The translations under genes were made by a program, and so were the position numbers. From positions 22,940,001 to 23,004,000 of the forward strand of contig OX597831.1 in NCBI GenBank assembly GCA_951406725.2: 64,000 bases of DNA. The letters are read 5' to 3'. Shown piece by piece: positions 1 through 13,055 of this stretch. The stretch is from Octopus vulgaris. Lineage: Eukaryota. How positions within the stretch are numbered: position 1 is the stretch's first letter; every line of letters starts with the position of its first letter. The notes below the pieces were generated by a model, which searched no databases, was not told the origin of the DNA, and saw only the letters and a list, made by a program, of their open reading frames with translations.

Positions 1-470
1 TTGCAAAATCTTTTGGAATAGTCTCCAAATAGTCTTGCCACCATAGAGCTGAATGTATGGTTTGTATTAGATGTAATTAATAGATGAGGATCCTGCTGTA
101 CAGGTAAACTGGCAAATAATATAGAAGGAGAAGTTACCATATCTTGTAAGCATAAATAGTCTTTTACAGCAGTGGGGCCAGGTATAAGTAAATGATCTGG
201 GCTAAAAGTGTGCATGTGTATAGGGGAAAATTTGTGTGGCAGTAAGTTATGCATGTTTTAGCTTTGTGAAATGTACAGGAGAGGTTGCATGGATAAGAAA
301 TGCAAGAATGAAAGGCCAGATTGGAGTGAAAGTGCATTAGGATCATGCCCTAGTCTGGTAAAATGACAGAATGGTGAGGAGAAAAGAAAAGATATTAAGG
401 TTGGTTGGACATTGGGCAAAAGGGCAGATATTTAGTCAATATTGCAGGTGGCTTCAGCTAGAACTGAGGA
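1..470 (-). pseudogene. Decayed Penelope-like element, GIY-YIG endonuclease region
   Basis: Minus strand reads across frameshifts as ..YPCNLSC..KTC..FYIICQFTCT..LIY..QLYGGKTIWRL..RFA, matching the PLE pattern FTCxSxNLIY-xIxC..YIGxTxRRLxxRF. Confidence 0.55.
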
Positions 471-485
471 ATTAGCCATGCTATA

Positions 486-813
486 ACAAGGAGCACTCCG
501 TTGGTTGCGATGACGAGGGTCCCAACTGATACGATCAACAGAACAGCTTGCTCATGAAATTAACATGCAAGTGACTGAGCAATCCACAGACACGTGTATC
601 CCTAATGTAGTTCTCAGGGAGATTCAGCATAACACAGAGTGTGACAAGGCTGGCCCCTTGAAATACAGGTACTACTCATTTTTGCCAGCTGAGTGGACTT
701 GGAGCAACGTGAAATAAAGTGTCTTGCTCAAGGACACAACACGTCACCAGGAATTGAACACATGAAATTACAATCGCGAGCTGAATGCCCTAACCACTAA
801 GCCACGTTCCTTC
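486..813 (-). mobile_element. tRNA-derived CORE-type SINE (family D)
   Basis: Reverse complement begins GAAGGAACGTGGCTTAGTGGTTAGGG (A box), then TTCAATTCC (B box), then CORE-like TGTGTCCTTGAGCAAGACACTT; head shared with 55406-55643. Confidence 0.8.
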
Positions 814-1179
814 ACAGCTATATCATGTGACAAATCACACATAATGAGATTAGATCTTAAAGTCAAGATATCCCTGCAGAGGTGGTAGAAGTGAAAGAGC
901 TGTAGAGATAGGCAGGATTGTAAGTTATTATTAAAGAAATACCTTATAAAGCTCCAGTTTTTTCATTTTATATCAGTATTTTTTAAAGATAGGGATAAAT
1001 ATGTATAAAAAATAACAGCTATTCATATATACATCAAAGCATAAAACAGCTACACGACAACCGATTACAAAATCCCATGAATATGTATGTCTGTGTGTGT
1101 CTGTATGTGTGAGTTTGTATATATATGTGTGTGTATGTATGTATGTATGTATGTATGTATGTATGTATACATATGTGCA

Positions 1180-1219
<40 letters not shown>

Positions 1220-1231
1220 TAGATAGATAGA

Positions 1232-1670
1232 TATGCTGTGCTTCAGAAGGCCCGGCAAGCCAAGTGAGACCATAATCGTGACCTATGCCAGTGCAACATA
1301 ACCGGCCCATTTCAAGTACCCTTCAATCATTAGGGAATAAACTGTGCTTGCGAAGACCTGTTGGATCAAGTGAAGTCTTTGTCGTGGCTAATGCCAGTAC
1401 TACCTGACTGGCACCCGTGCCGGTGGCACATAAAAATCACCATTTGAGCACGGTCAATGACAGTGCCATCTGACTGGCTTCTGTACCAGTGGCACATTAA
1501 AGCACCATTGCAGACTGGCCGTTGCCAGTGCTGCCTGACTGGCTCCTATGCCAGTGGCATGTAAAAAGCACCCACTCTTGGAGTGGTTGGCGTTAGAAAG
1601 CGCATCCAGCTGTAGAAAACTTACCATATCAGATTTGAGCCTGGTACAGCCTTCTCGTTTGCCAGTCCTT
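1232..1670 (+). mobile_element. 5'-truncated RTE-type LINE 3' end (family C)
   Basis: Starts with ORF end YAVLQKARQAK* (cf. 9921 copy), then ~65-nt internal repeats and ggagtggttggcgttagaaagcgcatccagctgtagaaa. Confidence 0.75.
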
Positions 1671-2504
1671 CCAAAGAATAAGTCATGGGGTCAATGTGCT
1701 TGACTAAAGGCAGTGCTCCAACATGGCCACAGTCAAATGACTGAAACAAGTAAAATAGTGTATGTATGTATGTATGTATGTATTTATTTGTGTGTGTATG
1801 TATGAATGCAAAGCTTACATTGCTTGTTAGCTTGTTGAAGAGAATGAAATCAAAATTGCACCTCTGTCTAATATATAGGAGAGCATGAAATCAAATTACA
1901 CCTTTATTTAATATATAGGAGACATAATATAGAAAATTTAAAACGCAAAGGCTGAACCTGATTTGATTGACGGCAAGCTAGGAAAATTACAGATTCAAAT
2001 CAAAATTTGAAAAGTGATGGAAAATTTGAAGAATTAGAAATAAAATTAAACTAACTTGAAATTAAAAAAACAAATTTGTAGACAGGGACAGAAATTAATA
2101 ATGGACTAGGAAAACATAAGTTGTCAAGCGAATATTGGTATGTAAATATATAGTAGAGTTAATCAGCGTTTTGTGAGATATGAGGAAAAAGACTTTGAGA
2201 TTAAAATGAGCAGAAATTTAACAAACGGATGTTACTTCAAAAATTAGTTAAGTTAAAAATAAAGTAAAAATAGGTAAAGTATTCCTGAAATAAAAATTTT
2301 AGTTAAAGCAGATATTTTAAATGGGTGTAGACTGAATCTATCATTCATTAGGTTATATGAGATGGATGGAGACAAACCAAACGAGTTGTAAGCTAACTCA
2401 TAATTAGAAGACAACAAAGATATTTTTTTTTTTTCTCATAATACAATGAAAATAAGAACGACAGTGTTCATATCTAAGTTGAAAGCAGGTAATTATGAGA
2501 AAAC

Positions 2505-2505
2505 T

Positions 2506-2553
<48 letters not shown>

Positions 2554-2728
2554 CATATACAAATATATATATATATATGTATGTAAATGTGTGTGCATAG
2601 ATATATATGTAAATGTGTGTGTATATATATATGTGTATATACATATAAATATATATATATATATATATGTATGTAAATGTGTGTGCATAGATATATATGT
2701 AAATGTGTGTATATATATATATGTATAT

Positions 2729-2767
<39 letters not shown>

Positions 2768-2912
2768 AATATGTGTGTACATATATATATATATATATGT
2801 AAATGTGTGTGTGTATATATATATATATATATGTATATGTAAATGTACGTGTATATATATTTAATATATATGTAAATATGTGTGTACATATATATATATA
2901 TATATGTGTGAA

Positions 2913-2954
<42 letters not shown>

Positions 2955-3252
2955 AATATGCGTGTATTTGTGTGTGTGTATAGATATATATATATATATA
3001 TGTTTATATATGTAAATGAGTGTGTGTGTGTATATATATAATAAACCTGCTTGTTGTTATTTCACCTGCCATGGTCTTTTGTTTTCTGTAAATTCGAACC
3101 CTATAAATATATATGTATGTAAAGATATATGCATGTGCAAATATATATATAATATATATGCATACAAAGATATATACGCACACACACACACAAATATACA
3201 GAGACATATAGTCATGTGTACACACAAACATGCCAATATATGAGTGTGCCTG

Positions 3253-3289
<37 letters not shown>

Positions 3290-3295
3290 ATAATA
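2505..3295. repeat. (TG)n/(TA)n compound microsatellite with local higher-order duplications
   Basis: Direct inspection; atgtaaatgtgtgtgcatagatatatatgt block repeated. Confidence 0.95.
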
Positions 3296-3647
3296 TATCA
3301 TTGTGAATTATTTTTGTTTTTCCTTGCTATCTAACTTCATAAGACAATTTTTTCCCCTTCTTTTATTTCGTTTTATCTTATGATGATGATGATGATGGTA
3401 GTGATTGTGTGGATAATAACAAAGATGCTGGTGATGATGATGACTATGATGATAGTGCTGATGTTGCTGATGATGATAACAAAGCTTGTTTTAATGAATG
3501 AGCTTTAGAAATTCTCTTTAAATTAACTTTGGATAAAAATAATTAAGAGAGAGGCGCAGGAGTGGCTGTGTGGTAAGCAGCTTGCTTCCTAACCGCATGG
3601 TCCCTTTTCTTTTATACCATTTCGTCTACTGGGACCTTTTATCTTAC

Positions 3648-4029
3648 CTTTTACTTGCTTCAGTCATTGGATGGCAGCCATGCTGGGGCTCCACCTTTAA
3701 GGTTTTAGTTGAACAAATTGACCCAGATAGTTTTATTTCATCAAGTCTGGTACTCATTTTATCTTTTTTTTTCTCAAACTGCTAAGTTACAGTAACATAA
3801 ACACTGACTGGCAAGCAATGGAGGGAGACAAACACAAGCATAAACACACACACATTCACACATATAAATATATATATATGACAGGCTTCTTTCAGTTTCC
3901 ATCAACCGAATCCACTCACAAGACTTTGGTCAACCTGAAGCTATGATAGAAAACACTGGCCCAAGACTGAACCAGGATATCATGTGGTTGGGAAGCAAGC
4001 TTCTAACCACACATCCATGTCTGTGCCTA
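3648..4029 (-). mobile_element. tRNA-derived CORE-type SINE (family A), diverged full-length copy
   Basis: Colinear with the 8610-9037 copy; a separate head-only fragment lies on + at 3551-3603. Confidence 0.85.
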
Positions 4030-4323
4030 TGTATTAATTCTCTCTTGAAAATCTTCCATTCCAATCAGACATTTTTAAAAATCACCATATTTTAACATGT
4101 ATAAGGGATCCATTTGTATAAGGAACTCCCTAAATTTTGGGCTTAAAATTTGGAAAAAACCTTTTATAAGGGATTATAATACTATCAGAGATGTACTTGC
4201 ATAGCAAGTGACCTGATCTGAGATTGTGTGCTGGAATGAAAACAATTGCAGTGTGGAAGGTTTTTATAAGCCATTTAAGAAACACACAAAAACCGTTAGA
4301 TTCACTTCAACATTTAAATTTAA

Positions 4324-4374
4324 TTTGCCAAAATATTTTCGTCACTTTGAGACAGCGACCTGTTCACTGACAAA
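4324..4374 (-). ncRNA. Type I minimal hammerhead motif, G3-C8 core variant
   Basis: tttgtca-GTGAACA-g-gtcgct..agtgac-GAAA-atat-TT-tggcaaa: 7-bp stem I, stem II, palindromic stem III AATATT. Confidence 0.65.
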
Positions 4375-4432
4375 ATTCCATACTTGTTATCGGAGGACTA
4401 GAGGTCGAAGTAGAAGATATACAGCACGGAAT

Positions 4433-4483
4433 TTTGTCAGTGAACAGGTTGTGGTCTCAAAGCGACGAAAATAATTTGGCAAA
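4433..4483 (+). ncRNA. Type I minimal hammerhead motif, G3-C8 core variant (inverted twin)
   Basis: tttgtca-GTGAACA-g-gttgt..gcgac-GAAA-ataa-TT-tggcaaa. Confidence 0.6.
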
Positions 4484-4571
4484 TTTAATTTAAATGTTGA
4501 AGTGAATCTAACAGTTTTTGTGTGTTTCTTAAACGGCTTATAAACACCTTCCAATTATAATACTATCCATA

Positions 4572-4727
4572 TAGTTAGGAAGGGCATCCAGCCGTAGAAA
4601 CTCTGCCAGATCAGACTGGAGCCTGGAGCAGCCCCTGGCTTCCCAGACCCCGGTCGAACCGTCCAGCCCGTGCTAGCGCGGAAAACGAACGTTAAACGAT
4701 GATGATGATGATGATGATGATGATGAT
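4572..4727 (+). mobile_element. RTE-type 3' tail fragment (family C)
   Basis: gttaggaagggcatccagccgtagaaactctgcc...cgttaaac followed by a (GAT)n tail. Confidence 0.8.
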
Positions 4728-5106
4728 ATAAGAAACTCCCAAATTTTTAAAACCTAATTTTTGCCAAAAAAAAATAAAATGGTTCCTTATACACATTAAA
4801 ATACGGTACTTCATTTCTCATCTTCCTTCCATCCATTTTAATTCTTGTTTAGCTGTCCTCTCCGTGTCCTCCCTGCTTCACTTAATCTGGTTCTTTATAT
4901 ATTTCATTGTTGACAATATCCAGCTGTTTGTTTCCCTGTCCAGCATTTTACAAGTCCTGTCCTCACTGCTTACATGTTGCATTAGCTGTTACATGGTCCA
5001 TGTTTGTGTAGGTGTGCATGTGTGTGTGTCCATGTATGTGATTTATGCAGATTACAGCTATTTTAGTATATCATCTGGGGAGGATTACTTTCATTGTATT
5101 GTTTGG

Positions 5107-5113
<7 letters not shown>

Positions 5114-5137
<24 letters not shown>

Positions 5138-5304
5138 ATTTTCTCTCTATCTGTATCTATATCTATCTATCTGTCTATCTATATCTATCTATATGTCTAT
5201 CTATATCTATCTATCTGTCTATCTATATTTCTATCTATATCTATCTATCTGTCTATCCATCTATCTATCTATCTGTCTATCTACCTATCTACCTACCTAT
5301 CTAC

Positions 5305-5363
<59 letters not shown>

Positions 5364-5392
5364 CCTGTCTATCAACCTATCTACCTATCTAC

Positions 5393-5423
<31 letters not shown>

Positions 5424-5424
5424 C

Positions 5425-5486
<62 letters not shown>

Positions 5487-6406
5487 CTTTCCCTCTTTCT
5501 CCTTCTCCTTTCTCTTTTCGCCTCTCTCTCTCTTTCACTTTTCTCTTTCTCCCTCTTTCTCTCTTTATCCCTCATTCTCTCTTTTGCTCACTTTTACTCT
5601 CTCTGTCTCTCTCTCTCTCTCCCTCATTCACTCTCTTTCCCACTTGCTCTCTCTCTCCCGATTGCTCTCTCTCACTCTCTCTCTCCTTCATTCTCTCTCT
5701 CCCACTTTTTCTCTCACTCTTTCCCTTCCTCTCTTTCCCTCTCACCACCTTTCTTTTTATCTCTTTCTTTTCTTTCCTTCTCTCCCTCTCCTCACTCATT
5801 TTTCTCCTCCCCCTCTCTCAGTCTAGCTATCAACTTATCTGTCCATGTAACTATTTGTTTATTTCTCTATTTACCTTCTTATGTATCTGTATTTCTATCT
5901 GTCTTTCTGTCTGGCTAGTCAGTGTGTCCATTCATTGATTCATCTGTCTGACTGTCCATCCACTCCATCCATCTATTCATTCATCCGCCCACCCATCAGT
6001 TCATCCATCCATTCATCCATCCATCCATCCATCCATCCATGTATTTATCTTCTTTATATTTTGTCTCCTGTGTTCAGCCCTATGCCGCCAATATAGAAAC
6101 ATATCTATCTGTCTGTCTGTCTGTCTATTTGTCTGTTTGTCTGTCTCTCCATTTGTAAATAAATCCATGTTAATCCATGGTCTTTTTTAGGTTTTTATTT
6201 ATAGATAAACCTCCCCATTTCTTGGGAACTTTTTGTATCATTTTGACTCTTTTTTTGCATATATCCCCAATGATTTCGATCCCTTTTGATCGTTGTCCCT
6301 TTTTAAATTTCTTTTTTTTTTTTTTTCATCCCCCAAAAGAAAAGCTCTACATTGTAACTTGTCCCATCTGTGTGCTAGCCCTGTGTGACCAATAAAGAAA
6401 GTTATC

Positions 6407-6437
<31 letters not shown>

Positions 6438-6657
6438 CTATCTATCGATCTATCTATCTATCTAGTTGCCTGTCTGTCTATCTATCTAGTTGCCTATCTG
6501 TCTATCTAACTGTCTGTCTGTCTGCCTCCCTGCCTCCCTGTCTGTCTGCCTGTCTATCTATCTATCGTCTGTCTGTCTGCCAGTCTGTCTATCTATCGCC
6601 TGTCTGCCTGTCTATCTATCTATCGTCTGTCTGTCTGCCAGTCTGTCTATCTATCGC

Positions 6658-6688
<31 letters not shown>

Positions 6689-6800
6689 TCTATCTATTTG
6701 TCTATCTGTCTATCAATCTATCTATTGCCTGTCTGTCTGTCTGTCTATCTATTTATTAGTCTGTTTATCTATCTATTTATCTATCTATCTCTGTCTTGTT
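5114..6800. repeat. (CTAT)n, (CT)-rich, (CCAT)n and (CTGT)n microsatellite complex
   Basis: Direct inspection. Confidence 0.95.
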
Positions 6801-7127
6801 TGTCTGTCTGAACTGTATAATCCTAGGTCAATCCTGATTGACCACACCTGTGATTAAATCTGTTCTTATCTAAGGCAGAGCACGTGTGTTGTGAGGGAGA
6901 TTTAGCTACTATTTCTAGAAACTTAAATGTACCCAATAAAGGCACCTCCAATAACTCAATCCCTTAAGTGTTGTTCTGGATTTATGGGAATCCTTCCTCA
7001 ATTTTAATGCATTTAATTTCTGTAGGTTTTTAGTTTCCTGATTTGGTTTTGTTTTATTTTTGTTTATCTGATTTTCTAGATTTGTTGTGCTGTTTTTTTT
7101 TTTATAATTTGTGTTTATCTGTGATCC

Positions 7128-7804
7128 TCACCGCCACCACCACCACCACCATCGTCATCGCTGCCACCACCACCAAACACCACCACCGCCACCGCCACCA
7201 CCACCAAACACCACCACCATCACAACTAGCGCCAACACCACCACCATCACAACTAGCGCCAACACCACCACTGTCACACTGTCACTGCCACTACCACTAC
7301 TGTTGCCAACACCATCGTCACCACCACTACCACCACCACCACCACCACCACCATCACCAACAACAACAACAAGACTGTCGCCTCCACCATCACAAACACT
7401 ACCAACTCTAACATCATTATCAGCATCAACTACAAACACTATCACCACCAACATCACCACCGTCACAACTACCACTGCAACCACTACCACAACCACCATC
7501 GTTTGCCATCATCAACATCACCCCCACCACAACCACAACCAACAACAACGACAACAACCATCACTATAATCACCACCATCATTGCCACCACCACCACAAC
7601 CACCACAACCACCAGCTTCATCAAAACAACCACTGCCATCACTACCATGAAGACAACCACCACCACCTCCACCACCACCATCACCACTGCCACGACTACC
7701 ACTACCACCACCATTGTTGCCACCATAACCAAAACCATCAAGCCCACCACCACCACCACCACCACCACCACCACCACAAGCCCACCACCACCACCACCAC
7801 CACC

Positions 7805-7835
<31 letters not shown>

Positions 7836-8118
7836 CCATCACTATAATCACCACCATCATTGCCACCACAACCACCACCACCACCACCACCCCACAACCA
7901 CCAGCTTCATCAAAACAACCACCACCACCTCCACCACCACCATCACCACCATCAAAACTGCTACCACTACCACTACCACTATAATCATCACCACCACCAC
8001 CGCCGCCGCCATCACCACCACCATTGTTGCCACCATAACCAAAACCATCAAACACACCACCACCACCACCACCACCACACCACTGCCACACCACCACCAC
8101 CATCGACAACAACAATAA
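7128..8118. repeat. (CAC)n/(CAA)n degenerate trinucleotide tract with internal ~280-bp duplication
   Basis: Block aaccatcactataatcaccaccatcattgcc...ccagcttcatcaaaacaacc...ccataaccaaaaccatcaa occurs at ~7556 and ~7834. Confidence 0.9.
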
Positions 8119-8609
8119 CGCCTTTACTTGGCTTGAAAGTGTTGTTTTATAGAACAGAATTGCTTATAGAATTGCCATTAAGGCATGGTTATTACCTTTT
8201 TTCTTTTTTTTTTTAACTTTTCTAAGAATTATGTATTTGTCTTTAAGAAATGTTGCAATCCTTGAATTATTGATGCTGCCATTATTTTCTCTATCCTCTT
8301 TTTCATTTTTTTAAAAACTTATTTAATTCAATTCCCTTTCTTGGAATCTCTGCATTTTCCTTCTTCCATTTTTGTCCTTATTCTTCTTTCATGTGGCACC
8401 TCTTGTCTAGCATTTGGAATATTGGCTCTTCTGAATCCATATCTGTGATTTGTATTACCTTTTGTTGTAGGAATTAAACTAGATGGTACATGAGATCTTC
8501 CTTACTCATAACATCACCGCAATCAATTGTTAACTTGTGTTGTTGACTTTTTGTTGGTTTCTTTTCTCCATTTGCAGTTATTGTCTTCCAAAAGTGAGTG
8601 TCTTGAATT

Positions 8610-9037
8610 ACTCTTTACTCTTTTACTTGTTTCAGTCATTTGACTGCGGCCATGCTGGAGCACCGCCTTTAATCGAGCAACTCGACCCCGGGACTTATTC
8701 TTTTGTAAGCCCAGAACTTATTCTATCGGTCTCTTTTGCCGAACCGCTAAGTAACGGAGACATAAACACACCAGCATCGGTTGTCAAGCAATGCTAGGGG
8801 GACAAACACAGACACACAAACACACACCCGCATATATATATATATATACATATATACGACGGGCTTCTTTCAGTTTCCGTCTACCAAATCCACTCACAAG
8901 GCTTTGGTCGGCCCAAGGCTTTGGTCGGCCCAAGGCTATAGTAGAAGACACTTGCCCGAGGTGCCACGCAGTGGGACTGAACCCAGAACCATGTGGTTGG
9001 TAAACAAGCTACTTACCACACAGCCACTCCTGCGCCT
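8610..9037 (-). mobile_element. tRNA-derived CORE-type SINE (family A), near-intact reference copy
   Basis: Reverse complement: AGGCGCAGGAGTGGCTGTGTGGT (A box)..GGTTCAGTCC (B box)..GCACCTCGGGCAAGTGTCTT (CORE-like), internal (TA/TG)n, tail ..aaacaagtaaaagagtaaa; 17-bp local duplication near 8897-8933. Confidence 0.9.
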
Positions 9038-9134
9038 TATTTATCTCTGTACACAAAGTCTACTTCGTTTTCTTATTTATTTTGTGCCCCATAGTAAAAT
9101 TATAATAAAAATTATTTTATAGCATGCGTATATG

Positions 9135-9485
9135 TTCCAGGTTCAGTTCCACTGTGTGGCACCTTGGCCAAGTGTCTTTTACTATAGCTTTGGGCCAACT
9201 AAAGCCTCGTGAGTGGATTTGGTAGATGGAAACTGGAAGAAGCCCGTTGTATATATGTATGTGTATTTATATGTGTGTGTGTGTGTGTTTGTCCCCCCCC
9301 CCCCAACATCGTCTCACAACCGTTGTTGGTGTATTTATGTCCCCGCAACTTAGTGGTTCAGCAAAAGAGACTGATAGAACAAGTACTAGGCTTACAAGGA
9401 ATAAGTCCTGGGGTCAATTTGTTAGACTAAAGGCGGTGCTCCAGCATGGCTGCAGTCAAATGACTGAAACAAGTAAAATAGTAAA
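9135..9485 (+). mobile_element. SINE family A
   Basis: Colinear with family A; inverted relative to neighbours at 8610-9037 and 9662-9885. Confidence 0.85.
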
Positions 9486-9661
9486 AACCACCCAGTACAC
9501 TCCTTAAAATGGTTGGTGTTAGGGTGTCCATCTGTAGAAAGGGAAACCTCACCAAAACAAATAGTAGGGCTTCGAACCATCTTTTGACTTACTAGCTCCC
9601 GTCAAACTGTCCAACCCATGTCATCATGAAAACAATGAACATGTAATGGCAATGATACTTT

Positions 9662-9885
9662 AATTTGTTTCTGTCGTTTGACTGTGGCCATGCTGGAGCA
9701 CCAACTTAAATGGTGTTTTAGTCGAACATATCGACCCACCTGCCAGGACTTATTCTTTGTCAACCTAGTATTTATTCTATTGATCTCTTTTACTGAACCA
9801 CTAAGTTACAGGGATGTAAACACACCAGCGTCGGTTGTCAAGTGATGGCAGGGGGACAAATACTGACACACACAAACACAAATGC
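9662..9885 (-). mobile_element. SINE family A, 3' half
   Basis: ttgactgtggccatgctggagcacc...gtcaagtgatggcagggggacaaa. Confidence 0.85.
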
Positions 9886-9920
9886 ATCCATCCATATATA
9901 CATATATATAGATATAGATA

Positions 9921-10590
9921 TATGGAGAGGGAGACCCAGGAAGACCTGGGATGCAGTGGTGAAGCAAGGCCTTCGAACATTAGGCCTCACCGAGGCAATG
10001 ACTAGTGACCGAGACCTTTGGAAATATGCTGTGCTTGAGAAGACCCAGCAAGCCAAGTGAGACCATAACCTCATGGCCTATGCCAGGGGTGTAACCAGCC
10101 CACTTATGTGTACCTTTCCTTCATTGGACACTAATCTTTGCTTGCGAAGACCTGTTGAGGCAAGTGAAATTGAAATCAAATTCAATGACTGGCGTCCATG
10201 TTAGTGGAGTGCTAAGAGCACCATCCGAGCGTGATCGTTGCCAGAGCAGCTAACTGGCTTTCATGCCGGTGGCACGTGAAAAGCACCATTCGAGCATGAT
10301 CGTTACCAGTATCACCTTACTGGCACTTGTGCCAGTTGCACATGAAAAAACATTCGAGCGAGGTTGTTGCCAGTGGCGCTGGACTGGCTCCTGTGCAGGT
10401 GGCATGTAAAAAACACCATTTGAGCATGGCTGTTACCAGTACCACCTGACTGGCCCTCGTGCTGGTGGCCAGTTAAAGGACCCACTACACTCTTGGAGTG
10501 TTTGGCATTAGGAAGGGCATCCAGCTGTAGAAACTCTGCCAGATCAGATTGGAGCCTGGTGCAGCCATCTGGTTTGCCAGTCTTCAGTCA
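9921..10590 (+). mobile_element. 5'-truncated RTE-clade LINE (family C): ORF C-terminus plus 3' UTR
   Basis: RGRPRKTWDAVVKQGLRTLGLTEAMTSDRDLWKYAVLEKTQQAK* is the typical RTE C-terminal RGRP..W / DR..W motif. Confidence 0.85.
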
Positions 10591-11427
10591 TATTACCAAA
10601 CCCTAGAATTAGAAATGCAGATGAGGGCAGCAGATCTTAGGGTAGGGCTTGAAGACCAAAATAAGGACAAGAGGAAACACCAAAGATGGAAGGGTTTAGT
10701 TGAGAATCCAAAGCTAAGTAAGAAGTATCAGTTACTGGGAGCTGGAAAGGGAAGTTTTATAGAACCATTGAATGGAACTTTCCAGCAGAAGTTGCTGATG
10801 TGAAGAGGAGGAAGTTTGATGATAAAGACTATTATTGAGAGTTATTTTAGTAAATAAAAAAATTAATGTAAATGAAGGAATCTTAACAAATAGATTCATA
10901 CAGAACTAAGAAGTTGGTAATTATATGGGTAATTTTGAGGTACAAGTAAGTATAATTGGAAAGAGGGGAAAAAAATAACTTGTTTTTTTAAAAGCCTGAA
11001 AAAATATTTATGAATGGCTTTCCCTTAGGAAGAAATAATGAATAAAATAAAATTTAAAGGTGTTGTGTTGAAGACATAGGTAAATATGTTTGCTGAATAA
11101 TCATAAAGACACGAATAAAGACACAAATATATGTAATATAATATATATATATATATGTGTGTATGACAATAAAAAAATAGATGTAGTTTTGTTTGTCAGT
11201 TTTGGGCCTAAAGGTTTTTAGTAGCCCAGAGGGTATTATTAGAATTTTGTAAAGAATGAACAGCCTTGTTATAATGATAATAATAATAATAATAATGATA
11301 ATAATAGACAATAATATTAATACTGCAGGCAATTCTAAAGCTGATTTGTGCAATAATTTGAGGCAAAGGAAAGTTACTTGTTGTTACCTACCTACCTACC
11401 TACCTACCTACCTACCTACCTACCTAC

Positions 11428-11540
<113 letters not shown>

Positions 11541-12117
11541 ATTAGAAAAAAACCACCTTTTATCAATTCAAAATGAATAATTAAATTACACCATCTAGAA
11601 AATTACATATAATATATATATGTAATATACATATGATATATATATATATATAATATATAATATATATAATATACATACAATATATATATATATATATATA
11701 TAAGTTTCGATTTTATTCCCTCAAATAATAATAATTATTATATATATATATAAGTATACATATATATATACTTGGTGTATGTATATGTCTTAACCCTCCA
11801 AAGACTGGGTCCCCGAGTATTGTTTAGATTATATGCTGGGTTCTTAGGATATAAACAAAAAAGGATAAGAGTCAGCTGGGCAATCAGCCACTTGAATTTC
11901 AGCCACAAAGCTTAACAGTTTCCAAACTTGACCACTCCTGACCAGTGGGTTAATCAGAAGAGAAATGGCAGTGCTAAAGACCATTTTGACCATTATAAGG
12001 AGCTTCAAGGATTGTAGGAAGGTAGGAGAGAGTTCTTCTCGGACCAGTAATGGGTCAAAGTGAGGGACACATTATCACTATTCCCTAAACATTTATATGA
12101 AAGATTTTATTAGTATC

Positions 12118-12331
12118 AGTTTCAAATTTTGGAACAAGGCCGGCAATTTATGAGGAGGGGGTAAGATGATTACATTGACCCTAGTTCTCAACTGATACTT
12201 ATTCTATAGACCCTGAATAGACAAAAGGTAAAGGGAACCTCGGTAGAATTTGAACTCGGATCATACAGACAGACAGAATGCCACTAAACATTTTGTCAAG
12301 TGTGCTAACAATTTTGCCAGCTTCCAGCCTT
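12118..12331 (-). mobile_element. tRNA-derived SINE (family B), diverged
   Basis: Similarity to 47052-47284 (..cctcggtagaatttgaactc.., ..ttttgccagct). Confidence 0.7.
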
Positions 12332-12904
12332 ATATTACTTGAATATTACTTATGAATGCTAATGAGGTGGCAGGGTTAATTAATGAAAGAATATAATCAG
12401 AGAAATTTGCTTCCCAACCACATGACTTCAGGTTCGATCCCACTGTGTGGCACCTCAGCCAAGTGTCTTCAATTGAAACCAAAGCCATGTGAGCAGATTT
12501 TGAAGGTGAAGAATGAAAGAAACTCATTGTCTGTGGGGTGTGTGTGTGTGTGGGGAGGTGTCTGGAGAACATATCAGGCCACGAGTCACTTCTTTGTTGC
12601 TGGGAAACAGGTGAGAGTTGGCTTAGGAAATTTCACACTACCTATACAAGCATGAAAAAGTGGACAGTAGAACCATGATGATTATGATGATGATGATAAT
12701 TGCAGCAAGAATAATGATGAGGATGAGAATGATGATGAGGATGGGGACGATGATGATATCTCTATCTACATGTATATTAATCTCAATCTCTCTCTCTCCT
12801 CCGAGATGCACACACAATCATACACACACACTCTCTCTCTCTCTACACACACACACACATGCAAACATACACACAGACACATACACACAATCTCTCAACA
12901 CACA

Positions 12905-13055
12905 TACACACTCAAATATACACACACAGATACACCCACAACACACACTCAAATATACACACACAAATACACCCACAACACACACTCAAATATACACACA
13001 CAGATACACCCACAACACACACTCAAATATACACAGACAGATACACCCACAACAC
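12905..13055. repeat. 37-bp minisatellite, ~4 copies
   Basis: Unit cacacactcaaatatacacacacagatacacccacaa. Confidence 0.9.

Larger units (their letters stand above)
4187..4553. mobile_element. Non-autonomous Penelope-like element with 126-bp inverted repeat and 14-bp TSD
   Basis: TSD attataatactatc at 4173-4186 and 4554-4567; inverted arms 4254-4379 / 4428-4553; each arm contains a hammerhead fold. Confidence 0.8.
4085..4806. mobile_element. Tc1/mariner(pogo)-type MITE carrying two nested insertions
   Basis: Imperfect TIRs ccatattttaacatgtataagg / ccttatacacattaaaatacgg, with TA at the right end. Confidence 0.7.

Noticed and set aside
3551-3603. tRNA-like A-box sequences here and in other SINE heads
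   Set aside because: SINE heads without a complete cloverleaf; not tRNA genes
4864-5938. Long ORFs of 274-320 aa
   Set aside because: Translations of (CTAT)n/(CT)n microsatellite; open in all three frames
11790-11953. TTAACCC...GGGTTAA possible piggyBac MITE
   Set aside because: Only 3 bp of terminal complementarity inside TTAA
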